This document shows positions 1 to 13,039 of a DNA stretch of 64,000 nt, one piece after another (the stretch's first letter is position 1; each line of letters opens with the position of its first letter). The translations under genes and the position numbers were made by a program. Origin of the DNA: Octopus sinensis (taxonomy: Eukaryota); assembly GCF_006345805.1 (NCBI RefSeq), contig NC_043008.1, forward strand, positions 58,590,001-58,654,000, written 5' to 3'. The notes beneath the pieces are model-generated. The model did not search any database, had not been told where the DNA came from, and saw only the letters and a list, made by a program, of their open reading frames with translations.

Positions 1-199
1 TTCATTACCGGTGTAATCTTGTTAAGTTATGGAAAATTCTTAATGAATGGCAACTTAATATGGAAGAATTACATGAAAGAGAAAGGGGAGGAAATAAAAG
101 AAGGGAAGATATGGAGAAATTCGCAAAGACATCTACCAAAATTTTCAAATAGGACACTTGCGTACCATAATTATGAGGAATCAGTACATCGTTCACATA

Positions 200-600
200 A
201 ATGCTCAAACTAAAAGAACTAGAGCCAATTTAAAATACACGATCAGTAAATTCCTTATTTAGGTTAGCATATCTTGGTCAGCTGTTAATGAGGAAAATTT
301 CCAGTTGAAACGAAAGAAAGGTAACTAAATCTAATGAACAACTAAACTTTGGGATGCGCGTAAACTTCCAGGTGTTTAAAATTTGTTCACAAAGTATTAT
401 GTTAACAGAAGTGAGATTTATTATGGTTATATAATCTAATAATGATAAACGTAGTTGCGATATAGCAAAGTTATTTTGTTATAAGAAGTTACACCAAATT
501 AGAGTGCCTCTAGATGTCAAATTAATATTAAACTGTTTGACGCCAATGTGGATTAATTGGTGCGATGTTATAAGGTTCTACTATGTTATAAGAAGTAAAA
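200..600 (+). mobile_element. Highly decayed RTE-like LINE RT C-terminal remnant
   Basis: YLG at 270-278 and IKLFDANV at 527-550 resemble the RTE 'YLG' and 'KLFNANV..VLLYG' motifs; many stops and frameshifts. Confidence 0.3.
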
Positions 601-732
601 AGTGGAGAGGTTACAGGAATAAGGTTAAATTTATTGCATTAGTGCTAATAAACTGAGATAACTCGAGCGACAAAATTTATGTGAAATGATATTCTTTAAA
701 CAAAACTTGACCGAAAGAGACTTTTGAAACCG

Positions 733-785
733 TATATATACATACGTACATACAGACATACATTGAGTATTTATATAATATATAT

Positions 786-829
<44 letters not shown>

Positions 830-1026
830 GCATGTATGCATGTATGTATGTATAAATCTATATAAGCAGACGAAAGAAATTATACTTTTACACTTGATAA
901 TGTTATTAAAGATACCAAGTCTCTTTCTGTTGACTTTTATTAATATCATTTTTCAGGAATGTTCTCTTAGGACTTATTTCAATATATTCACATTGATGCA
1001 ATAAATTTAGCTTTTTCTTATATACA

Positions 1027-1108
<82 letters not shown>
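733..1108. repeat. (TA)n and (TACA)n microsatellites (733-860 and 1019-1108)
   Basis: Direct inspection; these explain ORFs 677..949 and 906..1133. Confidence 0.95.
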
Positions 1109-1110
<2 letters not shown>

Positions 1111-1552
1111 AAAAAGGTGTTTGAAAACGCCACTATATAAGATAGATTTTAATTTTCTTAGAAATTAGACATGTTTCGGATCTTCTTGAAAAACGAACCT
1201 TCTCAAAAATATTTTTAAAATTTAAGTGTAATAAAAAAGTTTATAATTGTTTATTACTAGTCTCAACAGAGTCCCGTGGTGGTTTTTCTTTGTGTTGGGG
1301 AACACAAATAATGTGTCAGTTTGTTTCCGTTAGAAGTTAAATGAGACATCTAAATTCTAAATATGTGTAAACTTATGAGCATCCATACACTTTCGAGGGC
1401 TTACGGTTTCCGTTCATAAACTGTTCGAGCGTGTGTAAAGGTAAAAGTATGAGGGGATTTATGTTCGGGAAGCGGTGTGTAAGAAGATATCATGCCCTTT
1501 GTTCAAAGGAAAAATGCAGTTTAATGTATTTATCCTTTTGATGTAGCACGTA

Positions 1553-1772
1553 TACGAGGGGACGCTGATAGGTTCCTGGCTTTAAAGTTATCGGGAAAAG
1601 CGTAGTTGGAGACCCAATTTTCCAAGTTCTTTTACATGGCTTAGAAAAATTGAAGCACCGCTGCAATAAGCGTATGAATCTGAGAAGAGAATATATTGAA
1701 TAAAATCATAATTAACTGATCCTTCTGCATTTTCTTTTATGCAAAGCCAGGAAGGTTTCAGTACACCTCATA
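1553..1772 (+). mobile_element. Internally deleted mariner (MITE-like) keeping the transposase C-terminus
   Basis: Imperfect TIRs tacgagggacgctgataggttcctggcttt / aaagccaggaaggtttcagtacacctcata with TA ends; 1638-1703 encodes GLEKLKHRCNKRMNLRREYIE*, like the mariner end GIEKL..RW.KC...G.Y.E*. Confidence 0.85.
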
Positions 1773-2271
1773 CTGTTCTTATTTATATGATTGGAATTTA
1801 AAAACGAGAGGAGAAACTTATATAAAGGCACCATATCGAAGTAGGCCTACACTTGGACACCTTTTTACTTCCCAGTTAAGCTACTTCTATTCATTAATGC
1901 CATCTATAATTTCCGAAAAGGAGAAGCCAGTGGGGTTTTAGATATTAAAGAAATGAAAAATTAAATTGTGAAACGTTAGTTTAGTCGAAATACAAAACTA
2001 TCATTACCTTTCACGAATTAATAGTATTTGGAGAATGGTTCATTCGATTACATAGATACTAACGTTTGTATTCATCCTAATAATAAATAAAATTTACCTC
2101 ATTACCATTGAATTCAGAACATATTGAAACATAATTCGATTTCTTTGAAAAATTTTCAAGAACCTCGGCACCCTCTCGCTGTAAATTTTCTTGATTACTA
2201 GCATGAACAAAAATTTTGAGGAAAATGCTTTAATCGATTACACCGACACAGCTTTTGAGATATATTTTAAC

Positions 2272-2689
2272 GGATCTTTTCGATTTGAACGGCAGTTTTT
2301 AACACAATGTCTAGGTAATTAAAAAATGTTAAACTTCGTATACTTGTAGAATGTGTTTATAAAACATTTTTTTCTCTTGGCTTTATTGAGAAAATTCTAC
2401 AGTTTGTAAGATATTTGTTGTTTTTTTCTTCAATTTCTGCAATTTCAACCAATCAGTGACGTTCATTGAGGTAAAAAAAACGTTCTGTGTCGTATGAATA
2501 TGTACCTCGTTTAAGAAAAAGATTGGTTTTATTTACTTTTGTGAAGAAAAAAAGATACCCTCTCCCCTAACCCAAACCCTAAACCTAAAACAGATTGAAA
2601 TGCAATAGATCGATACTAGTGTCATAATTATGGGTGACAATTTCATATGTCACCGCTAGAAAAAACTGCCGTTCAAACCGAAAAGATCC
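2272..2689. mobile_element. 418-bp MITE with 29-bp TIR, GG termini and a perfect 8-bp TSD (Merlin- or hAT-like)
   Basis: TIRs 2272-2300 and 2661-2689 match at 28/29; TSD ATTTTAAC at 2264-2271 and 2690-2697. Confidence 0.92.
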
Positions 2690-3323
2690 ATTTTAACTCA
2701 TCGATGATGTACAGTTGAAAGGGCGAAACATTTTCAGCGATATTTGAACCCAAAACAGGAAGTAACTTAACTAAATAGTTTATGAGAATCCATTCGACGT
2801 TTTGATACCACGCTTGTACAATTTCGTTGATGAGAAGCGCAGTAAAATATATCCACTTTTTTCTGGTTTGAAATTCAGTAATTTTGGCTATATATAATAC
2901 TTCTGGAAGTATTATCTAATATTTCTTCTCATCAGTGTATGCTTCATTTACTCCAAACTATCTACCGGAATGCATTTATTCTAATTACTTGAATTCTATA
3001 TATAAGCTTACAATAATGTTTATATTCATCCACCGCAATCTTTCTAGATTGCTTGAAACACTTGCACCTGATTAAAAAAATTGATAAACCTAATGCTGAA
3101 TGGAAACAAAATGGTGTAAGAAAGAGAGGAGCAAGAGAGTAAGAGAAATAGAGAGAGAGAGAGAGAGAGAGAGAGCGATGGAGAAAAAAAGAGATAGAAA
3201 GAAATTGATTGAAATCTCACTGAATAGCTTTATGTTTCGAGGGAAATTTACTAGTCTTGTATTCTAATATGAATTTTTCCCATTAACTCATTTCTGCATG
3301 TATCTTACATAAGTCTTCTCTGC

Positions 3324-3350
3324 CTATATACATACATACATACATATATG

Positions 3351-3402
<52 letters not shown>

Positions 3403-3729
3403 TATACATAAATGTATGTGTATATATATATATATATATATAAATATGTGGTTTTATACACGCACAAACACACACACATACACCATATATACATATACTC
3501 ATTTATATACATATATACATGCATATAATGCATATATGCATATATGTATGAAAAATGAATATGAAGATAGACACACACACACACACACGCACGCAAACAC
3601 ACACACTTGTATGCATTTAAATATATATATATATATATACATATATATATACATAAATATATATATACATATATATATATATATACATACAATAAAAATG
3701 GTAAATAATTTTTCTGTGGTTTTATATAT

Positions 3730-3770
<41 letters not shown>

Positions 3771-3775
3771 CACAC

Positions 3776-3831
<56 letters not shown>

Positions 3832-3850
3832 CATATACACACATATACAT

Positions 3851-3938
<88 letters not shown>
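3324..3938. repeat. Compound (TA)n/(CA)n microsatellite
   Basis: Direct inspection; source of the YIYI ORFs at 3305-3994. Confidence 0.95.
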
Positions 3939-3939
<1 letters not shown>

Positions 3940-5190
3940 GTGGTATTATTAGGTGGTAATTCTTTTTGTTGCAACATTCAAGTCCCCTGTCCATGAGTGA
4001 TATGCGAAATTAATTTTTTCTTCTTCCGATCGATAGATATTTCATCGTGCCATGAGGGAGTCAATCTTTTGGAAAGTATAGGTATATAATATCGATAATA
4101 ACTGATTATATCTGTTTTTCTTTTTCTTTCTGAAAATATATATTCATTCGAATTTTCGCATTTGTTTCTTGCTTTTGTGGCATATTTGCGTATGTCTAGG
4201 TCTTCTCGCCTAATGCTATAAATCACGGAAGCCCTCCACTCTCTGATAAATTTAATCGCAATTGATACCTCAGTACTAGTTATATTTTATTATCTTTCCG
4301 ATTGCATATATAGACGTACGTGTGTATGCTATGTTGAGTTACTGCTAAATTTATAATTCTTTTTCTCCGTTGCAGAACTCAAGCTACTAAATAACGAAGT
4401 GGCAAGGCCCAGGCACTTGGGAGTCGTGAATATTTGTATGTGTACATGCCCGCACGAGTATTTGTATATGTCCATGTGTGGATAATCTTGCACTCCTTAT
4501 GAAGTGGGTGTGCATGCCGTTCTAATACGTAATCCAGTGTGTTTCATTACCGTTCACTTGCCTTTGCGTATGTCTGTTTTGTGTTCCATATGTACGTCTC
4601 ATTTTCTGCTTTCATTCCAGTAACCTCAAATGACGAATACTTGGAAGACAAATTTTTCTTATACTATTGACCAATATTACTCGGAGAATGGGAATCAATT
4701 TATTTTTCTGTTATTCGATATCAATTTCAACCAGAATTTGTGGTAACGTGGAGCATTGGTAGAATGTGAATGAGCTTGATGTTTTTAGAGAATCCTGGCA
4801 TTTCTCGGTATATACAGAATCTGTTGTACAAAGGAAAATCGAAAGGTTGGATAAAAGAATAGTAGGTTTCTCATGAATTCTCCATAGATATTCCTTTGTC
4901 TTAATTCTCAACGAAATATTTACATCCGTCGGGTGGCAGATCTCCCCAAGTAAGTATGATTTTTAATCCTTCTCCCATATTTGACCTGTTTTTAGTGGAA
5001 TGCTCTACCATTATTCTTTAGTTTTTTTAAGAGCTTGGATACATTCTTGTTCCGGTGTGCCGTTCATATGGCCGCCATAACAGTCTTTCCCGTGTATAAC
5101 ATTCCAGATGGATTTAGATACAATTTCATGCTTCATTTTGCACGCCGGTGATGTCTGTATGCATCCATGCATATACATATATTCTTTTAT

Positions 5191-5650
5191 TCTTTTACCT
5201 GTTTCAGTCATTTGAATGCAGCCATGCTGGATTATTGCCTTAAAGGATTTTAGTCGAGGAAATATACACCAGGACTTATTCTATGTAAGCCTAGTACTTA
5301 TTGTATCGGTCTCGTTGCCAAACTACTGAGTTACGGGGACATAAAAACAACTGTCTCGGTTGTTAAGCGATGGCGGAGTGGGGAAAACACAGATACATAC
5401 ATACAGGAGCATAGCTAGAGTAAATGGTGCCCAGGACAAGTATGAAAATTGCGTCCCCTTCCCAAAGCAAAATGTGGAAACATGCATAGAAATGGCATAA
5501 TTAGAAATTGATCTTCTCCAAAATAGCGCCCCTATCAAAGTAGCGCCTAGGGCATGTGCCTGCTTGCCCTAGCCTAGCTACGCCTCTGCATAAATATACA
5601 TATACATTCATGCATGCATACATACATACATACATACATACATACATACA

Positions 5651-5686
<36 letters not shown>

Positions 5687-5841
5687 TATATATTATATAT
5701 ATATATATATAAACGACAATCTCCTTTTAGTTTCGTCTACCAAATCCACTCGCATGGCTTTGGTCGGACCGAGGCTATAATAGAAAGCACTTGCCCAAGG
5801 TGCCACACAGTGGGACTGAACCAGGAACCATTTTGTTGGTA
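5191..5841 (-). mobile_element. SINE family A, interrupted by a MITE
   Basis: Matches the copies at 11611-12006 and 26821-27210 (tail gtttcagtcatttga; head cttgcccaaggtgccac...gggactgaacc). Confidence 0.85.
5404..5588. mobile_element. 185-bp hAT-like MITE nested in the SINE's CATA repeat
   Basis: TIRs caggagcatagctag / ctagctacgcctctg (CAG...CTG ends); 8-bp flanks catacata (5396-5403) and cataaata (5589-5596). Confidence 0.75.
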
Positions 5842-6051
5842 ATATACACAGACACACACGCTCACACTCGCCACACATATATCAGGTGTTGCCTCTACTA
5901 TCTATCTGATATCGTTGCTGGACGATATATCTTATACCTGACTTATTAAATCTGTCTCCATCTTGGATACTGATAGATACAAACCTGTCATTGATAGCAT
6001 TGTAATTTTAAAACTCTCTGTTGTTGATGATTCCCTTGTTGCTTATTATTT

Positions 6052-6222
6052 TTATTTCTTTATTGCCCACAGAATGCTAAACATAGAGGCGACAGACAAA
6101 GGGATTAAGTCGACTGCATCCTTTCGGGGTCGATAAATTAAGTACCAGTGAAACACTGGGGTCACTGTAACCGACTATCCCCTTCCCTCAAATTTCGGGC
6201 CTTGTACATATTATAGAAAGGA
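6052..6222. mobile_element. Rearranged SINE family B fragment (minus-strand tail fused to plus-strand core)
   Basis: 6052-6120 is the reverse complement of the family B tail; 6118-6222 is cctttcggggtcgataaattaagtaccag plus the alternative tail. Confidence 0.75.
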
Positions 6223-6699
6223 TAATTTCAGTTTGAATATGTGAAAGAAACGTAGTGATCTTCTGTAACGTTGTGCTTTTTATAACAAACTTAGAATAAA
6301 TTCTCACTACATCATCATAGTATTTAAACTACAACTTATTTTCTTATCTGAGGATCTTAATAACCACTAGTTGGAATTCGAGGTTTTAAAACTTCGATGA
6401 TGAAAGCCAGTGAGATTTAGCGTTTAAGAGTTGTTTGTACTGTAAGATAATTATATTATATGCAAATAAATGTTTTGGGGGGATAAACCTTATCTATCAC
6501 GAGTTTTAATATCAAGACATGCTCATTCAGTCTATAGCAGTATCTACCATATTTCAACCATTAATATATCAGAGCATTCTCCGTTGTAAGAACAACTCTT
6601 TACCCAAATGCCGCCAGAGACAGGGGTTCTAATAATGATTCACATGAGCTAATCTTTCAGGTTCTGTATTGCCATAAGAATAATATGGAAAGCCATCTT

Positions 6700-6960
6700 A
6701 GAAGCCAATAAAATTTGAGAACCTACTAATTATCAATGAAGCTAGCGAAAATGATGGCTTCTGTTTTCGACGGAAAGTAAAGAGATTTGAATAGAGTAGG
6801 ATTAGATGCTACCACTGATGACAGTACTTCATACTTTATTTTACCGGCCCCGGAGGGATAAAAGATAAGGCTGAGTTTGGAACTAACGTAAACAATATAA
6901 AAACCTCCATTGAAATATACTTTGAAAACTGAATAATTACTATAGACCCGAACCACAGGT
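6700..6960 (-). mobile_element. Possible decayed PLE RT N-terminal fragment
   Basis: ORF 6726..6956 (IFYPSGAGKIKYEVLSSVVASNPTL...ASFIDN) loosely resembles the PLE 'YGLPKIHK..RPILS..S.I.DS' region. Confidence 0.3.
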
Positions 6961-7270
6961 TGCTGTAATTATAAACAGAATAACTCAGTAATACAAAAAC
7001 AGTCAGTAGCTATCGCTTTCATCTCCTCGAACACAAATTATTTAATTCTAATGTTAAATTAGAAGCGATAAGAACCACATTTACTTTAATACAATACAAA
7101 AGATGCTCAAGGAACATATAATTTATAAGATGTAGAACGCAGGCGCAGTAAGGATGCCTTTAAATATTGTAACCTGGTTCTCGATAATAATACTCCTGAA
7201 ACAGGAAAACCTGAGATCGCGGAAATCAATATATGACGTTAGCACGCTTTGGGAGATACCGTGAAGATAC

Positions 7271-7500
7271 GTGGCTTGGCGGTTAGGGTACTCGTCTCAA
7301 GATCGCAAGGATGTGAGTTCGATTACCAATGACGCATTGTGTTCTTGAGCGAAACCCTTTATGTCAAGTTGTTCCAGTCTACTAAGCTGGCAAAATTGAG
7401 TGGTACCGGCTTTGTCACATTCTGAGATTCTGAGTCACACTGAATCTCCCCGAGATGTCTGTGGAGAACTCAGCCACTTGCACGTTAATTTCACGTGAGT
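7271..7500 (+). mobile_element. SINE family D (degraded)
   Basis: A-box-like gtggcttggcggttagg, B-box gagttcgatt, then gtgttcttgagc; homologous to 35528-35838. Confidence 0.7.
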
Positions 7501-8477
7501 GCCAGTCATGAGAGATAAACCATTCAAAATATCGGATATACAGCTAATTTGTTGGAAAATTACAAAATATACACACTAACAAGATTAAGTTGGAAAGGTG
7601 AAATTGGAACGTTAAATAAAAACAAAATGATTCTTAACAATTATTAACATAGGTTTGTATTTGGAGAAATAGAGATTCATAATGAATATATGAAGTATAT
7701 AAATTAAAGACATTTTAATTAAATACCTGCATGTTTATCTAGCAGAATCTGGTGAAAGGATCCCGCAATATTAATGAAGACGATCTTACCTTCACTCAAA
7801 CGTCATATATATTTCTGCTTTATGTTCTAATTAGAGTCTTTGAGAAAATTATCCCACTATCTCCTTTGACTACAAACGTCTAGGCTCTTACGTTTCTTTT
7901 TTGATGCATCACTACAATCAATGCTATACACACTTCTTGTGACAAATCTACTGTCACTTTACAGCTTTTATATATCAATACATGTTGCTTGCATCCATTT
8001 AAAGAATGTCTAGTGAGACATTTCCTTGAACTAAATATGCTATGTTAAATTACAGCGGATTCGGTCTGGAAATTCTTTCTTCATTACTTTGTTATGAAAA
8101 CTGGAAAACTTCCAGTTTCGTTCCGATACATTTTAAAAAGTCCTAATCTAGTTCTCTTAAGATCTAAGTTCTCATTAATTTTTATATAGATACCTTTCTC
8201 TTTAGTACTAGAAAAGCTGGGATTGAACTGTTATAATATCACTCTCTAAAAGAAATGTTAAAAATGTTGTCAATGAACATATGTACAAAGCCAAGCTCAA
8301 TGGATTTATTACCTATGAAACTACAGGATTACAAATGTTCTAAACAGATGTATAGAAGTGTTAATGCAGGATGGCATATGTCAATGTTCAATGGTATATC
8401 TGTTATATATACAGAAGTACCGTGAGGATGCGCGAATTATTTTTACTCTGTATTTTTCCAAGTGTATATTTATACGT

Positions 8478-8655
8478 TCATATATGTGTATGTGTGTGCG
8501 TGTGGGTGTATGTGTGTGTGTGTATGTATATGTTATGTAAACATATATATGCATGTATATGTTTATACACACACATGTATATATATATATATAGGTATGT
8601 GTGTATGTATACATACACATCTATATGTATATAAAAATATATACATGCATATAAT

Positions 8656-8700
<45 letters not shown>

Positions 8701-8740
8701 GTATATAAATGCATATATGTATATTCTTACGTGTCTGTGC

Positions 8741-8776
<36 letters not shown>

Positions 8777-8805
8777 GGATGAGCATGTGTGTGTATGTGT
8801 GTATA

Positions 8806-8844
<39 letters not shown>

Positions 8845-8860
8845 TTATGTATGTATATAT
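8478..8860. repeat. Compound (TA)/(TG) microsatellite
   Basis: Direct inspection. Confidence 0.95.
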
Positions 8861-9149
8861 GAAAGAACTGAAAATAAAGGTGATCTAAATCAAAACACGA
8901 AGAGGAATTTGTGTAAGCAGTTTCTGCTGCCAACAGATCTTGAAACGTGTTGTAAGAAACGAAATCTTCAAGGTTGTTATCTGTAGTAGTAATTATCTTC
9001 AATAGCGGTTTTCAGTACTTTAAACTTATTTTACGATTGTAATTCTATGTAACATAGTCTCATTCTGCCCCGTGTAATTGTTGATTTTCTTCCGTTATTT
9101 TGCAAATGGTTGTTGTTTTGTTATATTTGGAGGATGTAAATGAATTAAA

Positions 9150-10820
9150 TTATTTGATATTTCTAAAAAGAATTAAAAAATCAAACAGGAAACCAACGCA
9201 GGTAAAGACATAAGAAAATCAAATTGGAAACAAAATCAGTTAATTACAAAGGAACTTAACAAAAAAGTGTTGAATTGCGTAACTGATTTTGTCATAAAAC
9301 AAGCGCATACATTGCTGATTTTCTCGAATAATCCTGAATCCACAGAAATCCATAACAACTCTATGCATCATGTATATGATTCCGAAATAATGTGATCAAA
9401 TATTAGACTCAATTCTCAAGTATCCAAATAGTTATCAATATGCTGGACAACCTATTGAAACTAGTATTGGTTCCTAGTTTCGTGAATTTATATAATAGCC
9501 TTTCAGAAAAATACTAAAATGATGCTGGTGGGTTTTGATATGACCAACCTTTTCAGAAATATCTCACACGAATTAGGATTAGAGGCTCTGGAATTCTGGA
9601 TAAACAAATATCTACATATACTTTAGAAGCGATTTTTAAAGAATACAATAGCAGAAAAATTACGATTAGTGCAGAAACACAATGTCTGCATTTTCAAGAA
9701 CTAATATTACCTTCAAATGAAAGGAACTGCATTGAGAACCAACGTTGCTCGAACGTTTGCATCACTAATGACTCTATTATAACAATCTACATCCCATCCG
9801 GGAATAATTTTGATAAGTTCCAAAACGTATTTTTAAAAAAAGTGGAAGAGCTTCTTTTGGAACAGAAATAAGGTAGATGTTACGAGATTTAAACAATTAA
9901 TCAATAATATTGATAAATTGAACAAATCTAAAATGTAAATGATTAAAAAGATACGTCTATTCTTGGAAATTTTGAAAATGATAGAAACGAAAATATTTAT
10001 TATAACTCGTCGCTTTGGTAAAGAAATGGATAAAAACAGCACTTAGGCTTTAGATCTTGTCTTGTATCTCATACAGAAGAAGCGCATTAAATGAAGCAAG
10101 ACATATGTATGCAATTGTTATTGGTTCAAATGGATGAGGGGGAGAGACGACTGAAAGGGCTGTAAATATTCCTCCTGATACGCAAGCATCAGAAATGCTT
10201 GATAAAAAGGTCATACTCAAGAGAAAAGAAATCGTAATACCAGTCTTACGAAAAAAACCTTTAGCATGAGCAGAAGTATTTTATATGCTGTCACTACAAT
10301 CCTAGAAACACAAAATTTAATCTTTTAAATTCTGCACCAGATATCTAACCCAAATAGAATTATTACAGAATTATATAAATTGTTAAGAATCAAAACCCAC
10401 CACGAAATCTTAAAATGTTTTAACAAAGACCAAATTTATGAATGTACAAAATACGAACTCTTTCGCAGCGGGACGTTCGATCTGTTTGAACAAAATGAAA
10501 TTAAGAAAGTTCAATAATGGTTAAAATTTAAGATTAATGCAAATAGGAAGTGTATATCAAAAAAGTCTAATTGATTGTCTCTGTATTTCTGCAATATAGT
10601 GAGAACTACAGATGTCCAATAGAAACGAAATTAATGAATCAAGCAGAGATGCACAAGAAAGAATCAAGAATCCATCTCTTTAGATTTTTATATGGAGACA
10701 ATATTTCTTTGTGGGAGTGAACGGTAAATTCAAAATATTTCTGCTTTTCAAAATAGATTAAGAAACTGAATAATTATGAAAGGCAACGTATGAATATTTC
10801 CTAAATGTTTTCAATTCTTA
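9150..10820 (+). pseudogene. Decayed Penelope-like element (RT, with weak GIY-YIG remnants)
   Basis: From 9519: MMLVGFDMTNLFRNISHELGLEALEFWINKY...YYLQMKGTALRTNVARTFASL, i.e. the PLE RT motifs FDV.NL and YLQ.KGTAMG; YIDD is deleted (WK-SFFW); in-frame stops. Confidence 0.8.
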
Positions 10821-10950
10821 AGTGTTTCAGTCATTAGACTGAGACCATGCTGGAGCATCGCCTTCAAGAATTTTTAGTTTAATGAACCGACCCCAGTCTT
10901 ACTTTTTTAAGTCTTGTACTTATTCTATCAATCACTTTTACCGAAATGCT
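10821..10950 (-). mobile_element. SINE family A tail fragment
   Basis: gtttcagtcattagactgagaccatgctggagc matches the family A tail. Confidence 0.7.
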
Positions 10951-10952
10951 AG

Positions 10953-10983
<31 letters not shown>

Positions 10984-11149
10984 ATATATATATATTTATA
11001 TATATATATATATATATTAATAAAAAGAATTCCAACCTTGTCTGATTTTCACGTTTTATTTACAATCTTATAATGATATATTATAAGATAATATATTATA
11101 ATTGAATAAAATAAAATTAAATAGTAGAATGTTAAATATTCATTCTGAT

Positions 11150-11194
11150 TGAACTAGTACTTTCATGCATTGAATTCTGCAATCTTCGGGTTCA
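11150..11194 (-). ncRNA. Mirror copy of the U4C hammerhead-like motif
   Basis: Exact reverse complement of 11272-11316. Confidence 0.6.
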
Positions 11195-11271
11195 TGTAGT
11201 AGTGTTGACAGTCATGCTTCACAATTTTTGACAGTCAAAAATTGTGAAGCATGACTGTCAACACTACTACA

Positions 11272-11316
11272 TGAACCCGAAGATTGCAGAATTCAATGCA
11301 TGAAAGTACTAGTTCA
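11272..11316 (+). ncRNA. Type I hammerhead-like motif, U4C core (CCGAAGA)
   Basis: UGAAC-CCGAAGA-U(UGCA gaauucaa UGCA)U-GAAA-GUAC-UA-GUUCA; 5-bp stem I; palindromic stem III AGUACU. Confidence 0.6.
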
Positions 11317-11478
11317 ATCAGAATGAATATTTAACATTCTACTATTTCATTTTATTTTATTCAATTATAATATATTATCTTATAATATATCATTATAAGA
11401 TTGTAAATAAAACGTGAAAATCAGACAAGGTTGGAATTCTTTTTATTAATATATTCTTCTATACACAATCACACACAC

Positions 11479-11520
<42 letters not shown>

Positions 11521-11610
11521 TTATAATTTAAACATACACATATAATTTCTATATATATATATTCATATATGTGTGTGTGTGTGTATGTGTGCGTGTATGT
11601 ATGTATATTT

Positions 11611-12006
11611 TTTTTTACTTGTTTCAGTCCTTTGACTGCGGCCATGCTGGAGCACCGCCTTTAGTCGAGCAAGTCGACCCCGGGACTTATTCTTTATAAT
11701 CCTAGTACTTATTCTATCGGTCTCTTTTGGCGAACCGATAAGTTACGGGGACATAGACACACCAGCATCGGTTGTCAAGCGATGTTGGGGGGGGGGGGCA
11801 AATACAGACACACAAACACACATATATATATACATATACATATATACGATGGGCTTCTTTCAGTTTCCGTCAACCAAATCCACTCACAAGGCTTTGGTCG
11901 GCCTGAGGCTATAGTAGAAGACACTTGCCCAAGGTGCCACGCTGTGGGACTGAACCTGGAACCATGTGGTTGGTAAGCAAGTTACCACACAGCCACTCCT
12001 GTGCCT
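11611..12006 (-). mobile_element. SINE family A, full length (tRNA-like head, CORE-like ggcaccttgggcaag, internal TA/CA repeat, tail)
   Basis: Reverse complement starts ggcacaggagtggctgtgtggtaa (A box) and has ggttcagtccc (B box); same layout as 26821-27210. Confidence 0.92.
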
Positions 12007-12859
12007 ATATATATATTCTTAATTAAACATTTTTAACCTTAAATTTCAAACAACTAATTTTTCTCATTTAATTGTATTTCTTTGTCTTAATTTGTATAAA
12101 TTTTCTTACTCATATTGCCTCACAAAAACTTGTTTATAAAAGTTATATTTTACCATTTCTATATTACCGTCACCCAACATCTCAATCATTACTACCCGTC
12201 ACCATAGTTCGATCATAAGTCTAGGAATACATATGCATATTGGCTTAAATTAAGTCACTATGACCCTATTACTGGTCGTGCTGATACAACAACTGGTTTC
12301 TTGTCAAAATGTAAGCATTTGTTCAAGGGTTGCTATTACATCATTAAGTTGATCGTGTACAAAAGTTATTTTCTCTTTTCGTACCTTTAATACGTTGGAC
12401 ATGTACATATGTTGTAAACCATTACAGTATGAAATAGGTTGCCATGCCTTTGAACTCCATATATATTTAGCTACTGATGGTGTATTGACTAATATTCTCT
12501 TAGCAAATGTATATTTGTGCATACTATAACTTTTTTATAGGGATTTGATGTAGAATCGATATAATACCTAGTGCATTCATAGATTATGTGGCTACTTTCA
12601 AAAGATATTGAGTGATTGATCTATACTTACCTGTAGGTGATGTAATAGTAGAGTGGTGTTTAGCAAGCAAATGTTTATTTTTTCCCATGTTGTTATTTTA
12701 GTTATTTTCCTCTACGTTATTTATGGTTATGATTCTATTATTAATGTTACTGTCTTTAGTTATTTTTTTTTATCATTGTTACTAATGAATGTAGAAAGTT
12801 GTGCATGTTTATATATATATATGTATGCGAGTGTATATATATATATATATATGCATTCG

Positions 12860-12990
12860 CTTGTTTCAGTCTGTAGATTGTTGCTTTGAAGGGTTTCGTT
12901 GAGCGAATCGCCACCAGGACTTATTTCTTTTTACGCTTGATACTTACTCTATCGGTAACTTTTTCAGAATCGCTTGGTGAGGGGGTGGAA
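12860..12990 (-). mobile_element. SINE family A tail fragment (degraded)
   Basis: cttgtttcagtc...caggacttatt...tacttactctatcggt. Confidence 0.6.
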
Positions 12991-13039
12991 AGGAACCAAC
13001 ACTATTTTACAAACCACACTATTTTACAAACTTCGACCA

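Larger units (their letters stand above)
11012..11454. repeat. Near-perfect 443-bp palindrome (221-bp arms, 1-nt centre at 11233)
   Basis: Arms are reverse complements with one mismatch seen (aaattaaatag vs ctatttcattt). Confidence 0.97.

Noticed and set aside
4376-4949. Splice-like signals (acceptors at 4375 and 4620, donors at 4436 and 4950)
   Set aside because: No recognisable protein and no consistent open exon chain.
12260-12316. MTLLLVVLIQQLVSCQN followed by gtaagc, resembling a signal-peptide first exon
   Set aside because: Only 17 codons with no identifiable downstream exon, which is expected by chance in 64 kb.
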